DNA of 63,913 nucleotides, counting the filler, from Octopus bimaculoides (Eukaryota), in NCBI RefSeq assembly GCF_001194135.2. It is 6 parts of 5 records of this genome, joined end to end, with 100 filler letters (N's around TTAATTAATTAA, not from the genome) between each part and the next. Parts side by side here need not be neighbours in the genome. Positions count along the whole stretch, not along the records: positions 8,404 to 14,572 come from NC_068996.1; positions 14,673 to 25,152 come from NC_068996.1; positions 25,253 to 56,239 come from NC_068981.1; 3 more parts are not named here. One strand, given 5' to 3'. Every line of letters starts with the position of its first letter. Positions within the stretch are counted from its first letter, which is position 1. Below the pieces are notes generated by a model. It was not told where the DNA came from, did not search any database, and worked only from the letters and a program-made list of their open reading frames with translations. The translations under genes and the position numbers were made by a program. This document shows, piece by piece, positions 11,104 through 25,385 of the stretch.

Positions 11104-12674
11104 TACCTTAAGATCCCATGTAATTTACGTACTTTTTTCGCAAAGAAAAAATAAACTTTAGCGAGTGCGTAAACGACATGAGTAGATCGTTTCCAGAACA
11201 ATTTTAGAAATTTTTTGTTGAAAAATGATGTACAAATGTTTTTGTTGTACAAGAATAATATTCGTACCGGAAGTTGACTCATTTTATGCCAGAATAAGTT
11301 TTTACAGAAAAAATATAATGAAGTTGACTTTTATTTATCCTGGACGGTATAAAGCTTACTTTTTCTGTATAAATTTACTAAAACCATTAAATGGTTAACT
11401 ACTTTAGAAGTTTGACGTTCATGCTGCTAATCACGGTCCGAGCCATATTTTACATTGCTTGGAGTTTCTACCTATCATCATGGAGCCCAGCAATTTCCTT
11501 AAATAGATCAGTTTTTCTCCGCTTAAGAAGTCTAGCTTGCATTTGCATCCAGGAAGCTATTGGTCGCTTTCTCCGCGTTAGGACAATGAAATTCATCACC
11601 GTCGACATTGCCGCTACCAGCTTTTAATGCATCTGATGCCAACGAGTACATCATAATTCATCCTTGCGCGTGTAAACTCACTAAGTGAATATGACTTAAC
11701 GTTCTTACAGAAACCTTCATTTACCTTACACTGTCTTTAATTTTGCTTCAAATTCATGTTGAATTATGCAGCAATCTTATGTTCTCTTCACAGAACACTT
11801 AGAATTTATGTATTACCAGTTCATTTGGTATAGTAGATTTTTGCTATTCTTGTTTATGCCTCCTCACAGATGTGTATATTCCAACAAGTCACTTCTTAAA
11901 TTTCGCGCCTCTCTTGTTCAATAAACACTGGGTTAAACTTCCAAAGCTGCTTATTTTCTCCCTTCGATTTTTAATGTTTATTTTGGCGGGTTACCAAACT
12001 ATCAGTTTGGTCTCCCGGCTAAAACGGTAATGACAAATTCTTAAGTTTGCTTGATATTTTATAAGTATGAAAGGGATTGAAATTTCGATACTCCGCATCA
12101 AAGGTTCCAACAAGAATAGGCTGAACATCAGAGCTTAAGACGAGAAGACACTTTCGACCAATCAGAATTCTGTTTACTTAATCAGTTTGATCTGTCACAT
12201 TCCTCTGTCGGTTGAGTAAAGTGTCATCCAAGCTGATTTTGCAACATTTGTGCGTGTTTATCAGTTTTGTTTTTGCTGATAAGAATTATGAACAACTTTT
12301 CTTGTGATCATGATTTGAGAAGACATACAGAAGTATGCTAAAGATCGAACATAATCCCTTGTGGGCAAGAAATGTAAAATAAAGTTTATTATAAACAAAC
12401 AACACAAACACTTCGTAATTTAATAGCTTTCAATATGAGACCTGTTAAACAGAAATTATTTTTATTAAATGAAAATTTAATAAAATCTAATCATAAGTAA
12501 GTGAAATTACGCTAAATACAAATATATTGGAAACCTTTTCCCCCTGGCCACATCGGCAAACTTTTGGGTGCGAATTTTACATGAGTAGAAGCTTTTTATT
12601 TTTAAACAAATTTTATCCTGGAAATCACCTGCGTAAATTACACAGGTGCGCAAATTACATGGGTTTTTACGGTA
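11104..12674 (-). mobile_element. Decayed Tc1/mariner-superfamily (Tc2/pogo-like) DNA transposon
   Basis: Termini taccttaagatcccatgtaatttacgtac (11104) and the reverse complement of gtgcgcaaattacatgggtttttacggta (ending 12674) match at 24/29, including the flanking TA. Subterminal copies of the TIR motif; no intact transposase. Confidence 0.65.
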
Positions 12675-13069
12675 CTCGAATTGCTAAGTGAATGTTTACT
12701 GGCTAGCTATATATTGCAGATATTTACTGCAGAGTCATACATAGAATTGATGTATACTGGGTAGATACGGAGAGTAGATATTCACTAGATAGGTACATTG
12801 TGTAGTCTAGTTTATCTCAACCCCTTTGATTCCTATTTTACTCGGGTGGACATTCAGAGCCATTCACTGCTCAAAAAAAATCATATTGAATTTTTATAAT
12901 TAAATATTTCTAGGAATTGTATTAAAAATTGTTAAAATATTTTGTGTACTGTAGGAGTATAAGCAATTTATTGCAAATTTTATCAACAAAATCTTTTGTA
13001 GACCCCAAGGAACCACATGAATCCCGGCTGTGATCCACTGGCGCAGAGGTTTAATAGATATTTGAATGT

Positions 13070-13385
13070 GTGTGATTGTGTGGTAAGAAGCTTGCTTTTC
13101 AACTACATGGTTTCGGATTCAATCCTACAGCGTGGAACGTTGGCTGGGCGTCTTTTACTAAAGCTTCAGGCCGACAAAACTCTTATGAGTGGATTTGGTA
13201 GGCGGAAACTGAAAAACACCCGCTGTGTTCTTACATGTAAATATGTGTATATATACATGTAAGTGTGTGTGTGTGTGTTTGTCCTCCACCACCTCTTGAC
13301 AACTGGTATTAATGTGTTTTCATCCTCGTAACCGACAGAATAAGTACTAGGATTTTAAAAATATGGACTGGCGTTGATACTTTCG
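13070..13385 (+). mobile_element. SINE family A, diverged
   Basis: gtggtaagaagcttgc...gagtggatttggtaggcggaaactg...cttgacaactgg. Confidence 0.8.
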
Positions 13386-13897
13386 GTNNNNNNNNNNNNN
13401 NNNNNNNNNNNNNNNNNNNNNNNNNNNNNNNNNNNNNNNNNNNNNNNNNNNNNNNNNNNNNNNNNNNNNNNNNNNNNNNNNNNNNNNNNNNNNNNNNNNN
13501 NNNNNNNNNNNNNNNNNNNNNNNNNNNNNNNNNNNNNNNNNNNNNNNNNNNNNNNNNNNNNNNNNNNNNNNNNNNNNNNNNNNNNNNNNNNNNNNNNNNN
13601 NNNNNNNNNNNNNNNNNNNNNNNNNNNNNNNNNNNNNNNNNNNNNNNNNNNNNNNNNNNNNNNNNNNNNNNNNNNNNNNNNNNNNNNNNNNNNNNNNNNN
13701 NNNNNNNNNNNNNNNNNNNNNNNNNNNNNNNNNNNNNNNNNNNNNNNNNNNNNNNNNNNNNNNNNNNNNNNNNNNNNNNNNNNNNNNNNNNNNNNNNNNN
13801 NNNNNNNNNNNNNNNNNNNNNNNNNNNNNNNNNNNNNNNNNNNNNNNNNNNNNNNNNNNNNNNNNNNNNNNNNNNNNNNNNNNNNNNNNNNNNNNNN

Positions 13898-14198
13898 ATT
13901 CTATCGGTCTCTTTTGCCGAACCGCTAAGTTACGGGGACGTAAACACACCAGCATCAGTTGTTAAGCGATGTTAGGGGGACAAACACAGACACGCAAACA
14001 TATACACACACATACATATACATATATATACATATATACGACGGGCTTCTTTCAGTTTCCGTCTACCAAATCCACTCACAAGGCTTTGGTCGGCCCGAGG
14101 CTATAGTAGAAGACACTTGCCCAAGGTGCCACGCAGTGGGACTGAACCCGGAACCATGTGGTTGGTAAGCAAGCTACTTACCACTCAGCCACTCCTAC
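13898..14198 (-). mobile_element. SINE family A, young copy (3' end in gap)
   Basis: Nearly identical to the reverse complement of 58996-59406. Confidence 0.9.
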
Positions 14199-14526
14199 GT
14201 ACATACATATACATATTTATAATATATAATATACGAGTCAATGGAAAAACGAAAAAGGGGTACTCAACAAATTTATTGGAAATTACATGCATGGATCAAA
14301 ACAGTGGATTTGAATTGAAATTCAAAATGGCTGACGACTAGCATTACACTTTAGACACAAGAGCGTCAACGAATTTACATCAAACTGTTTTGATCCATAT
14401 AATATATAATATGTAATATATAATATATACATTATATACACACACAGATAAACAAAGATAGGTATATATATATATATATATGAAATTTATTTCTCAACAT
14501 AACGTGCCATTCCTGACAAGTACTGC

Positions 14527-14572
<46 letters not shown>

Positions 14573-14672
14573 NNNNNNNNNNNNNNNNNNNNNNNNNNNN
14601 NNNNNNNNNNNNNNNNTTAATTAATTAANNNNNNNNNNNNNNNNNNNNNNNNNNNNNNNNNNNNNNNNNNNN

Positions 14673-14735
<63 letters not shown>

Positions 14736-14998
14736 AGATAGATAGATAGATATGTATATTCATATAACGTATTTATCTGTATGTAAACATACTTTGAAGT
14801 GTTGAGTGATTCGGTATTCTACTGAAATGAAGGAATTCTCAAACCATTTACCCGATTTTCTAAGACTGCTAAGAAGGTCGACTAAATGCCGCTAAGATGA
14901 CAGAAAAAATGGCTAGGAATCTTTTTCAGAGAATGGAACCCTGTACCTCTCAAATTCCGGTTGTACATATACATTTACACGTACTGACAGACAGACAT

Positions 14999-15042
<44 letters not shown>

Positions 15043-15184
15043 GTATACACACATATATACACAGGTATGCATAGACATACATATAATATATAATATATAT
15101 ATTTATCATATGTATTCCAATGAATTTAAGTATTCGTCTACTTATCGATCTGTCTACATACACACACACAACTTTTTATGCTTT

Positions 15185-15490
15185 ATTTGTTTTTAGACAT
15201 TAGATTGCGGCCATGCTGGGGCAATGCCTTAGCCAACTCCTATTCAACTGAATTGACTCTAGTACTGATTTATTTTTTGAAAAATACTGGTACTTATTCC
15301 ATCGACCTTCTTTTTGCCAAGCACTGGTAGTAATCTTGGAAACACACACACCACGCATATATATACCTATATACCTATATATATATATATATGGCCCGAA
15401 TGGAAGATGCTTGCCCAAAGTGCAACGCATTGTGACTTAACCCGGAAGCATGTGGTTTGGAATCAAGCTTGTTACAACACGACCACGCTT
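15185..15490 (-). mobile_element. SINE family A, diverged and deleted
   Basis: gcggccatgctgggg...cttgcccaaagtgcaacgca...aacccggaagcatgtgg. Confidence 0.7.
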
Positions 15491-15688
15491 GACCATATGT
15501 GCGCGCGCGCGTGAGTATGCGTGTGTAAGGGGATCCGTTTGCAAGAACTAGCTTTCGGTCTTAATCCCTATCCTTGGTCAAGTGGTTTCTGTTCTCTCCG
15601 ACTCGGAATGAAAATTCAAGTGAAGTGTGTCGATTCGTAAGCATAAGACGCAGTATATGTGTGTGTGTGTACGAATGTACATACATAC

Positions 15689-15719
<31 letters not shown>

Positions 15720-16088
15720 TATATATATGGATATGGATGAGCGTGTATGTGTATATATGTCCACGCGTGTGTCTGTGTGTCTATGTATAAACATATACAC
15801 CTATATTCTTGTGTTAGCCACAACCCTGTCGCTTGCCAACTGCTTCGTACATATATACTCAATGTATGTTGTTGCATTGGTACATAGGTAGGCATGTGAC
15901 TATGTTCATGGTGTGTACAATTTACTAAGTGTGTGTGTGTGTGTTAATGTAAATGGTAAATGGTCCATTTTAGTAATGCAGCCCACGTGATGATCAGCGA
16001 TGTCTCATGCAAGCTCGCTTCTCAATAAAGATAGCTTGCTTTAGCCCTCACAGCGACCACCATCAACATAACTTAATGGCTTGTGCAT

Positions 16089-16870
16089 AGGCGCAGGTGT
16101 AGCTGTGGTAAGAACCTGACTCCTAAACTACATGGTTCCATGTTCAGTCCTACTTCGTGTTAACTCGGGCAAGTGTCTTTTACGACAGTCCAAGGCCGAC
16201 CAAAGCCTTCTGAGTGGAATTGGTAGACAGAAACTGAAAGAAAGCCCATCGTACACACATATATGTATGTGTGTGTATGGTTGTGCGTGCACGTCTTTGT
16301 GACTACCGCTTGACAACTGATGTTGGTTTGTTCACATCCCTGTAAATTAGCGGTTCGGCAAAAGAACTGGATACAATAAACAGCAGGCTATAAAGAAAAA
16401 AAAAAAAAATCGATTCGTCGAATAAAATCTTCAAGGTGATATCCAAGCAAGTTATTGTTACGATTTGATGATCGGCCAACCACATGGCCCCAGGTTCAAT
16501 TCCACTGCGTAGCACATCGGGTAACTTGTCTTCAACTGTAGACTCGGGCCTACCAAAGCCTTGTAAGAGGATCTGACAGACGGATACTAAAAGAGGCCCG
16601 TTGTATATATGTATGTACGTATATACATGTGCGTGTGCACGCGTGTGTGCGCGCGTCTTTTTGTCTGTGTTTGTCCAACACCACCGCTTGACACGCCGGT
16701 ACTGGTGTGTTTACGTACCTTTACTTCTGCGGCTCATCAAAAAAAGGGGGATAGAAAAGTACCAAGATTACGAAAAAAGCGAGTCCTCGGGGTCGATTCA
16801 TTCGACTAAAAATTCTTCAAGGCAGTGCCCCAGCATGACCGCAGTCTTATAGATTAAAAAAAAAATAAAC
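16089..16870 (+). mobile_element. Two head-to-tail SINE family A copies (16089-16450; 16475-16870)
   Basis: Head-core-tail order occurs twice; the second head lacks the A box. Confidence 0.8.
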
Positions 16871-16949
16871 GATTATGAGCGAGTATATGTGTGAGAACTT
16901 GACCGTCTGTGTGTGTGTGTGTGTGTATTCGCCCGCGTGTGTAATATTT

Positions 16950-17066
16950 CGCGTGGTTCGTTCTGAGTTCAAATTCCGCCGAGGTGGACTTTGTCTTTTA
17001 TCCTTTCGGGGTCGATAAATTAAATATCAGTTGCGTAGGGCCTTGTGCCTAGAGTAGAAAAGAATA
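16950..17066 (+). mobile_element. SINE family B, 5'-truncated
   Basis: gttctgagttcaaattccgccgaggtggactttg...ggggtcgataaattaa...ggccttgtgcctagagtagaaaag. Confidence 0.8.
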
Positions 17067-17817
17067 TTTCACGTGGTTGCAAGATCTCCCGACATGCTGC
17101 AGCACCAACTATGATATAACCACATTTGTTCCTTTAGTTGTTTGGTTCTTTAGAGAATCAACTGGTTTGTAGGTGACGCAGGGGCATTAATTCTTCAGCA
17201 AGCATGAATAATCCTAAGATATGCATGTCTTCGTAGAATACCTCAACTTCTACCTCATGTGAATCGTCGAGACATTTCGAGAACTTAGGACCCCGAAACG
17301 CAAACTCCCCCCCCCTCCAATATACCTCATCCTAAATTTCAATGTGGAATTGGCGTGACAGGTTTCAATACCAAACGGGTGTACTAAAAAAAACTCATGT
17401 ACAAAATGGCTACGATAACTACTCTTTTCTTTCAGGACAACATTAAATCCCTTTCCCAATAGCCCATATATTATATATATATATATATAAATCATGTAAA
17501 TGACATATATGATATGATATGATGTGTGTGTGTGTGTGTGTGTAGGGGGGGGGGATAAATCTTTATCTTTTACTTGTTTCAATCATTACACTACAGCCAT
17601 ACTAAGGCACTGCCTTAAAGAAATTTTGGTTGAATGATTCGACGACAGTATTTATATATATATATTTTTAAAGTTTGGTACTTACTCTATGTCACTCTCT
17701 CTGGCTGAACCGCAAATTACGGTGGCGCAAAAATACCAACAAGCGGTAGCCGAGGACAAACAGACACAGACACACATACACCAAGACACACAAAGATACA
17801 TAGACACACATGTACAA

Positions 17818-17871
<54 letters not shown>

Positions 17872-19301
17872 AATCTCTGAGCGAGATATAAACAGTAGCA
17901 GCACGACATCGTGAAGAATATTTGCCTCCTAAATGTGGCTGACCCATAAGAGACGATGCTTCAATAGTTTACAGCCCCAAGGAAGTGGCTATAAACTACA
18001 GTAACATCGTCCGTTATAGGTCAGCCACATTTAGGAGGCATATATATAGTGTTTATATTTATATTAAGTTATATAATTTTTACCTGGAATTCTTACGATT
18101 CCTACTGCATTCGATGCATTGTATTATAAATATTTTCAGTATGTTAAATACACGCGTAAAATATATTTGAAACATTATTGAATATATTATTAAATATGCA
18201 CGCATACATCACATGTATATGTATCTATTTATTCATATTTATAATGCAACACATACATACACAAACACACACAGATATATGCACGAATTACAAATACATA
18301 TGTCTCCACCCCATATATATATATATGTACCCTAAACCTAACATAGGCACAGACAAACATACACATATAAAACCTAACGATAAATACACATACTATGCAT
18401 GTATGTATACACACATGCATGTATGTAAAGTTGTATGAAAACGTCAGTATGTGTAGACAGGGAGAAAGAGCTGGTCAGAGGGAGTGTAACTGGCAGACAG
18501 GTAATATATAATATACAAAAATGAAAAAATATACTTCAATATATGTGTTATGTGTATATACATTATACATATACATGCATAACTCTTATACATATATATA
18601 TAAATATACATGTGTGTATTAGAGAATAAGAAAATGAGATGACAAAGGAATGAAAGATTATCTTATGAACTTCACCAGCTTACAGCTGTTTCTGCTAATA
18701 TGACGAAGTGGACTCGTAGTTGATAGAGTGCCTGCATAACATCTTACAGCTTCCTTCATCGAAGCCTCGGAGATGAAGTAAAATTTATTTAGGAAAAGAA
18801 TTACATTTGTGTAAATATATAAGAAAAGGCATTACCAATATATTATAGAATATATATATATATANNNNNNNNNNNNNNNNNNNNNNNNNNNNNNNNNNNN
18901 NNNNNNNNNNNNNNNNNNNNNNNNNNNNNNNNNNNNNNNNNNNNNNNNNNNNNNNNNNNNNNNNNNNNNNNNNNNNNNNNNNNNNNNNNNNNNNNNNNNN
19001 NNNNNNNNNNNNNNNNNNNNNNNNNNNNNNNNNNNNNNNNNNNNNNNNNNNNNNNNNNNNNNNNNNNNNNNNNNNNNNNNNNNNNNNNNNNNNNNNNNNN
19101 NNNNNNNNNNNNNNNNNNNNNNNNNNNNNNNNNNNNNNNNNNNNNNNNNNNNNNNNNNNNNNNNNNNNNNNNNNNNNNNNNNNNNNNNNNNNNNNNNNNN
19201 NNNNNNNNNNNNNNNNNNNNNNNNNNNNNNNNNNNNNNNNNNNNNNNNNNNNNNNNNNNNNNNNNNNNNNNNNNNNNNNNNNNNNNNNNNNNNNNNNNNN
19301 N

Positions 19302-19332
<31 letters not shown>

Positions 19333-19337
19333 TAAAG

Positions 19338-19486
19338 AGAGATGTAATTCCTATCGCTACATCCATATGGCTGTTCCATAGGATACCAAACCAGCTGGAA
19401 GATGTTCCACTTGGGGTTAAAAGCGATAGTAAACGTCGATTCCCATGGAAAAGCCACACTGATGTGGTGATAGGCATTACTTCTCT
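19338..19486. repeat. Imperfect inverted repeat (46 bp arms), MITE/fold-back-like
   Basis: 19338-19383 versus reverse complement of 19441-19486 match at 37/46; 57 bp spacer. Confidence 0.7.
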
Positions 19487-21007
19487 GTGTAGTTATTACT
19501 TTCATCTCTTATAGACATTTTCTAACTAGTTACTTTGTATGTAAGCATGTCTGTGTAATAGTAAGTTCCTGACAACTAGCAGACCGGCGAAAGCGAAACG
19601 ATAGACAAAAAGTACCAGGTCTGAAAAACTAAAATGCTCATTGGTTCATTCATACGATTAGAAATTCAAGACGAAGACCTAGCATGGCCAGAGTCTAATC
19701 ACAAAATATACGAAATATATTGTCCAACAGAATAATATTCTTCCGCCGGCTATACTTCTTGCGTATTATTTCGTTTAAATGAGACGTAATGTGAAATGTC
19801 AAAATAAGTAGATATATGTGTGTGTATATTTATATATTGTACATACATAGTACGTATATATTCTTTTAATATATTGTGTATACTAAAATATGTACTTAGA
19901 TAATGTAATAGCATGTGAAAGCGCGTGGTTTAGTGGTTAGGGAATTCGGTTTAGGATCATAAGGTAGTGCCCTTCAATAAGAAACTTTAAAGTCACTATC
20001 AGCATTATCGTTAAAGAATATAAATATATGTGTGTGTGTGCGCGCGTATAAACACACACACACATTATATNNNNNNNNNNNNNNNNNNNNNNNNNNNNNN
20101 NNNNNNNNNNNNNNNNNNNNNNNNNNNNNNNNNNNNNNNNNNNNNNNNNNNNNNNNNNNNNNNNNNNNNNNNNNNNNNNNNNNNNNNNNNNNNNNNNNNN
20201 NNNNNNNNNNNNNNNNNNNNNNNNNNNNNNNNNNNNNNNNNNNNNNNNNNNNNNNNNNNNNNNNNNNNNNNNNNNNNNNNNNNNNNNNNNNNNNNNNNNN
20301 NNNNNNNNNNNNNNNNNNNNNNNNNNNNNNNNNNNNNNNNNNNNNNNNNNNNNNNNNNNNNNNNNNNNNNNNNNNNNNNNNNNNNNNNNNNNNNNNNNNN
20401 NNNNNNNNNNNNNNNNNNNNNNNNNNNNNNNNNNNNNNNNNNNNNNNNNNNNNNNNNNNNNNNNNNNNNNNNNNNNNNNNNNNNNNNNNNNNNNNNNNNN
20501 NNNNNNNNNNNNNNNNNNNNNNNNNNNNNNNNNNNNNNNNNNNNNNNNNNNNNNNNNNNNNNNNNNNNNNNNNNNNNNNNNNNNNNNNNNNNNNNNNNNN
20601 NNNNNNNNNNNNNNNNNNNNNNNNNNNNNNNNNNNNNNNNNNNNNNNNNNNNNNNNNNNNNNNNNNNNNNNNNNNNNNNNNNNNNNNNNNNNNNNNNNNN
20701 NNNNNNNNNNNNNNNNNNNNNNNNNNNNNNNNNNNNNNNNNNNNNNGGGGGGGGGGAGACAAAATAATAAAATCAATTAATATAACGGCATATGTGTATT
20801 TAATAATTGTTATCAACTTTATATTTACTATATTCTAAACACGTCCATACTTCGTATTTTCCGAATAAATCAAATTTAATTAAAGTAATTTTATAAACTT
20901 CTAAATCAAAATAATTGAACATATATACATATGTGTAAATATATATGTACATATATACATGTACATATGCATACATATATATACACACACACACACACAA
21001 TTATATA

Positions 21008-21070
21008 TAGGCGCAGGCGTGGCTGTGTGGTAAGTATTTTGCTTACGAACCACATGCTTCCGGGTTCATC
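21008..21070 (+). mobile_element. SINE family A head only
   Basis: taggcgcaggcgtggctgtgtggtaag...ccacatgcttccgggttca. Confidence 0.75.
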
Positions 21071-21118
21071 TCCTTCCTCCAAATGCTGCCCTTGTGGCAA
21101 AATTTGAAAGAAGTATAC

Positions 21119-21154
<36 letters not shown>

Positions 21155-22224
21155 GTGTATGTTTGTTTTTATATCAATTTAGAAAAATAATTTTACATTA
21201 AACCATGAGTATTATTTAATACTTTCTTAGATTACATTTTCATTATTCCTTTCAGAAAGGTGTTAACTATGACTTTCAATAAAAAAAAAAAGGTTAAGAC
21301 AAAACGAATAATTATATTCCTAAATATGTATTTATACCTGAGAAAAACATACAAAAGATTTGTGGGCGTATCAGCATAACATTTTCCAAACTCCATCTGC
21401 CAGATGGGAGCTGATCAGTGATGATGTAGAAACTAGAAACAACACTTTCGCAATAGCATCATTCGTTTAAAAAATGATAATCATTCGTTTATAGATGATA
21501 AAAGCCAGGTAGATATACAAATAATTTGTTATATACACATTCCTAAAAGAAAATGTTATTTTGGACACAACACTATAAAGAATGAAATATGTTTTCTTTT
21601 TCTTTTAAACGGATGCGTACATTTATTAATAACTATATTATGTGTCGTCTGTTTACACAAAAACATGGTTTCATATTGCAATTATATACATATATCTATG
21701 TAATATATAACAAAAAAATATACGGAATGTGTATATATTTATGTATATATAAATATGTACTNNNNNNNNNNNNNNNNNNNNNNNNNNNNNNNNNNNNNNN
21801 NNNNNNNNNNNNNNNNNNNNNNNNNNNNNNNNNNNNNNNNNNNNNNNNNNNNNNNNNNNNNNNNNNNNNNNNNNNNNNNNNNNNNNNNNNNNNNNNNNNN
21901 NNNNNNNNNNNNNNNNNNNNNNNNNNNNNNNNNNNNNNNNNNNNNNNNNNNNNNNNNNNNNNNNNNNNNNNNNNNNNNNNNNNNNNNNNNNNNNNNNNNN
22001 NNNNNNNNNNNNNNNNNNNNNNNNNNNNNNNNNNNNNNNNNNNNNNNNNNNNNNNNNNNNNNNNNNNNNNNNNNNNNNNNNNNNNNNNNNNNNNNNNNNN
22101 NNNNNNNNNNNNNNNNNNNNNNNNNNNNNNNNNNNNNNNNNNNNNNNNNNNNNNNNNNNNNNNNNNNNNNNNNNNNNNNNNNNNNNNNNNNNNNNNNNGT
22201 ACGCACACGCACACACTCTTATAT

Positions 22225-22618
22225 TCTTTTACTTGCTTTCAGTCATTTGACTGCGGCCATGCTGGAGCACTGCCTTTAGTCGAACAAATCGTCCCCAAGA
22301 CTTATTCTTTCTAAACCTAGTACTCATTCTATCAGCCCCTTTTGCCGAACCGCTAGCAAAAAAGGGGGCGTAAACACAACAACATCGGTTGTCAAATGCT
22401 GTTTAGGTAACCAACAAGCGCGCGCACCCACACACACATGTATGTATGTATGTATGTATATGACGGGCTTCTCTCAGTTTCCGTCTACCAAATCCACTCA
22501 CAAGGCTTTGGTCGACACGAAGCTATAGTAGAAGACACTTGCCCAAGATGCCACGCAGTAGGACTGAACCCGGAACCATATGGTTAGAAAGCAATCTTCT
22601 TATTACACAGCCACTCCT
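22225..22618 (-). mobile_element. SINE family A, full length
   Basis: Complete reverse-complement match from tail (tcttttacttg) to head (cacagccactcct). Confidence 0.9.
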
Positions 22619-22831
22619 AAATTTGAATCCATCACTATCATTTTTTTTTTTTTACATGCATTATCATTTCAACAGTTTTAATCGGGTCTACACAACTTAG
22701 AGTTTCGCAGGAATCCCGTCTAACGGAACCCCATCTCTTTCTTTAAACTGTCTTAAATAATAATGCATATAACTCCCACTAAACGAGTTATCTTTTTCTT
22801 TCGTTTGTCCACTCGTTCGTGTAGTATATAC

Positions 22832-22884
<53 letters not shown>

Positions 22885-23757
22885 TGTGTGTGTGTAGAAG
22901 AGAGAAAGAGAGAGAGAGGGAGGGAGGGAGACAGAAAGAGTTAGATATTATATAGATATATGCATATATAAGCATACATATGTATATATATGAATATATA
23001 TATATAAACATGTATATATATATATATATATATATATATNNNNNNNNNNNNNNNNNNNNNNNNNNNNNNNNNNNNNNNNNNNNNNNNNNNNNNNNNNNNN
23101 NNNNNNNNNNNNNNNNNNNNNNNNNNNNNNNNNNNNNNNNNNNNNNNNNNNNNNNNNNNNNNNNNNNNNNNNNNNNNNNNNNNNNNNNNNNNNNNNNNNN
23201 NNNNNNNNNNNNNNNNNNNNNNNNNNNNNNNNNNNNNNNNNNNNNNNNNNNNNNNNNNNNNNNNNNNNNNNNNNNNNNNNNNNNNNNNNNNNNNNNNNNN
23301 NNNNNNNNNNNNNNNNNNNNNNNNNNNNNNNNNNNNNNNNNNNNNNNNNNNNNNNNNNNNNNNNNNNNNNNNNNNNNNNNNNNNNNNNNNNNNNNNNNNN
23401 NNNNNNNNNNNNNNNNNNNNNNNNNNNNNNNNNNNNNNNNNNNNNNNNNNNNNNNNNNNNNNNNNNNNNNNNNNNNNNNNNNNNNNNNNNNNNNNNNNNN
23501 NNNNNNNNNNNNNNNNNNNNNNNNNNNNNNNNNNNNNNNNNNNNNNNNNNNNNNNNNNNNNNNNNNNNNNNNNNNNNNNNNNNNNNNNNNNNNNNNNNNN
23601 NNNNNNNNNNNNNNNNNNNNNNNNNNNNNNNNNNNNNNNNNNNNNNNNNNNNNNNNNNNNNNNNNNNNNNNNNNNNNNNNNNNNNNNNNNNNNNNNNNNN
23701 NNNNNNNNNNNNNNNNNNNNNNNNNNNNNNNNNNNNNNNNNNNNNNNNNNNNNNNNN

Positions 23758-23822
<65 letters not shown>

Positions 23823-23987
23823 GAGATATACGGATTTCTTCCAGCTTCCATTTACTAAATTCATTTACAAGATTTTGGTCAGACTAGGGCTGTAGCAAAA
23901 GACATTTGCCCAACGTCTCAGGCAGTAATTGGACCCGCAACGATGGAGATGGGAAGCAAACTTCATACCACACCGTCACACCTGACC

Positions 23988-24045
<58 letters not shown>

Positions 24046-24198
24046 TAATACATAAATACATACATACATCATACACACATATAGATACATAGTTAATATT
24101 AAAAAAAAACGGAGAAAAGAGACAAGAAAAAAAACAATAACGCGACGACGTGGTACAGGCAAAGTACTAATAAGACGCTTAGGGAAGGAAAGAAAGGG

Positions 24199-24235
24199 TG
24201 TTTTACGTTTCGGGCAATGCTCTTCTTCAGAAACA
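24199..24235 (-). ncRNA. Minimal type I hammerhead ribozyme motif (PLE-type)
   Basis: Minus strand TGTTT-CTGAAGA-A-GAGC att GCCC-GAAACGTA-AAACA. Perfect 5 bp stem I, intact CUGANGA and GAAA, ACGT palindrome, GUA site, one mismatch in stem II. Confidence 0.6.
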
Positions 24236-24358
24236 GGAGACAGAGAGGAAAGTCCAAGAAAAACCGAAGACGGAGGAAAAAAATCGCCATATATACATAT
24301 ATATACCTACACACACACACACACACATGTATATATATATATATATAAATATATATAC

Positions 24359-24395
<37 letters not shown>

Positions 24396-24529
24396 TCACA
24401 CACACACATACATATATATATACATATATACACATATGTACATGGATATGTAATGTATATATAGCACATATATCCATATTATACATGTTTTTGTGTGAGT
24501 GTGTGTTACATATAATATATATACACATG

Positions 24530-24568
<39 letters not shown>

Positions 24569-24601
24569 TATATGACATACATGCATATATATATACATAT
24601 A

Positions 24602-24656
<55 letters not shown>

Positions 24657-24659
24657 TAT

Positions 24660-24975
24660 TGAATGGGTTTAGTGCTACTGCGTGGCACATTGGACATATG
24701 TCTTCTATCGTCGTCTCTGTTGAGTGGATTCGGTAGACAGAAACTGAAAGAAGCCCGTTGTATATATACGTACACATCTCATTATGTGTGTGTCGTTGTG
24801 CCTTAGTCTATTTACCAATGCCAATTGGAAACCGGTGTTGGTGTGTCTACGTCATCGTAGCTTATCTGTTTAGTCGAAGAGACCGATCGAAAAAATTCCA
24901 GGTTTAACGAAACATAAGTACTGGTATCAATTCATCCGACTTGCTGCAAGCTTGGCTGCAGTTTAACGACTGAAA
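24660..24975 (+). mobile_element. SINE family A, diverged
   Basis: ctactgcgtggcacattgg...gagtggattcggtagacagaaactgaaagaagcccg...gaccgat. Confidence 0.7.
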
Positions 24976-25095
24976 GATATATAGTATATATTATTGAAAC
25001 CATTGTTATTACTATTTGAAACAGTTTGATTTGGCTCTCTGTGACTTAAAGTTTCGCGGGCTTCTAACATATATATTAAATAAAGATGTACATAC

Positions 25096-25152
<57 letters not shown>

Positions 25153-25346
25153 NNNNNNNNNNNNNNNNNNNNNNNNNNNNNNNNNNNNNNNNNNNNTTAA
25201 TTAATTAANNNNNNNNNNNNNNNNNNNNNNNNNNNNNNNNNNNNNNNNNNNNTATATATATATATGTGTGTGTGTGTGTATGTATATGTGTATATTAATA
25301 TGGAAGTAGTTGTCCGCGTTTATCTGAGCGTATACATATATTAATG

Positions 25347-25385
<39 letters not shown>

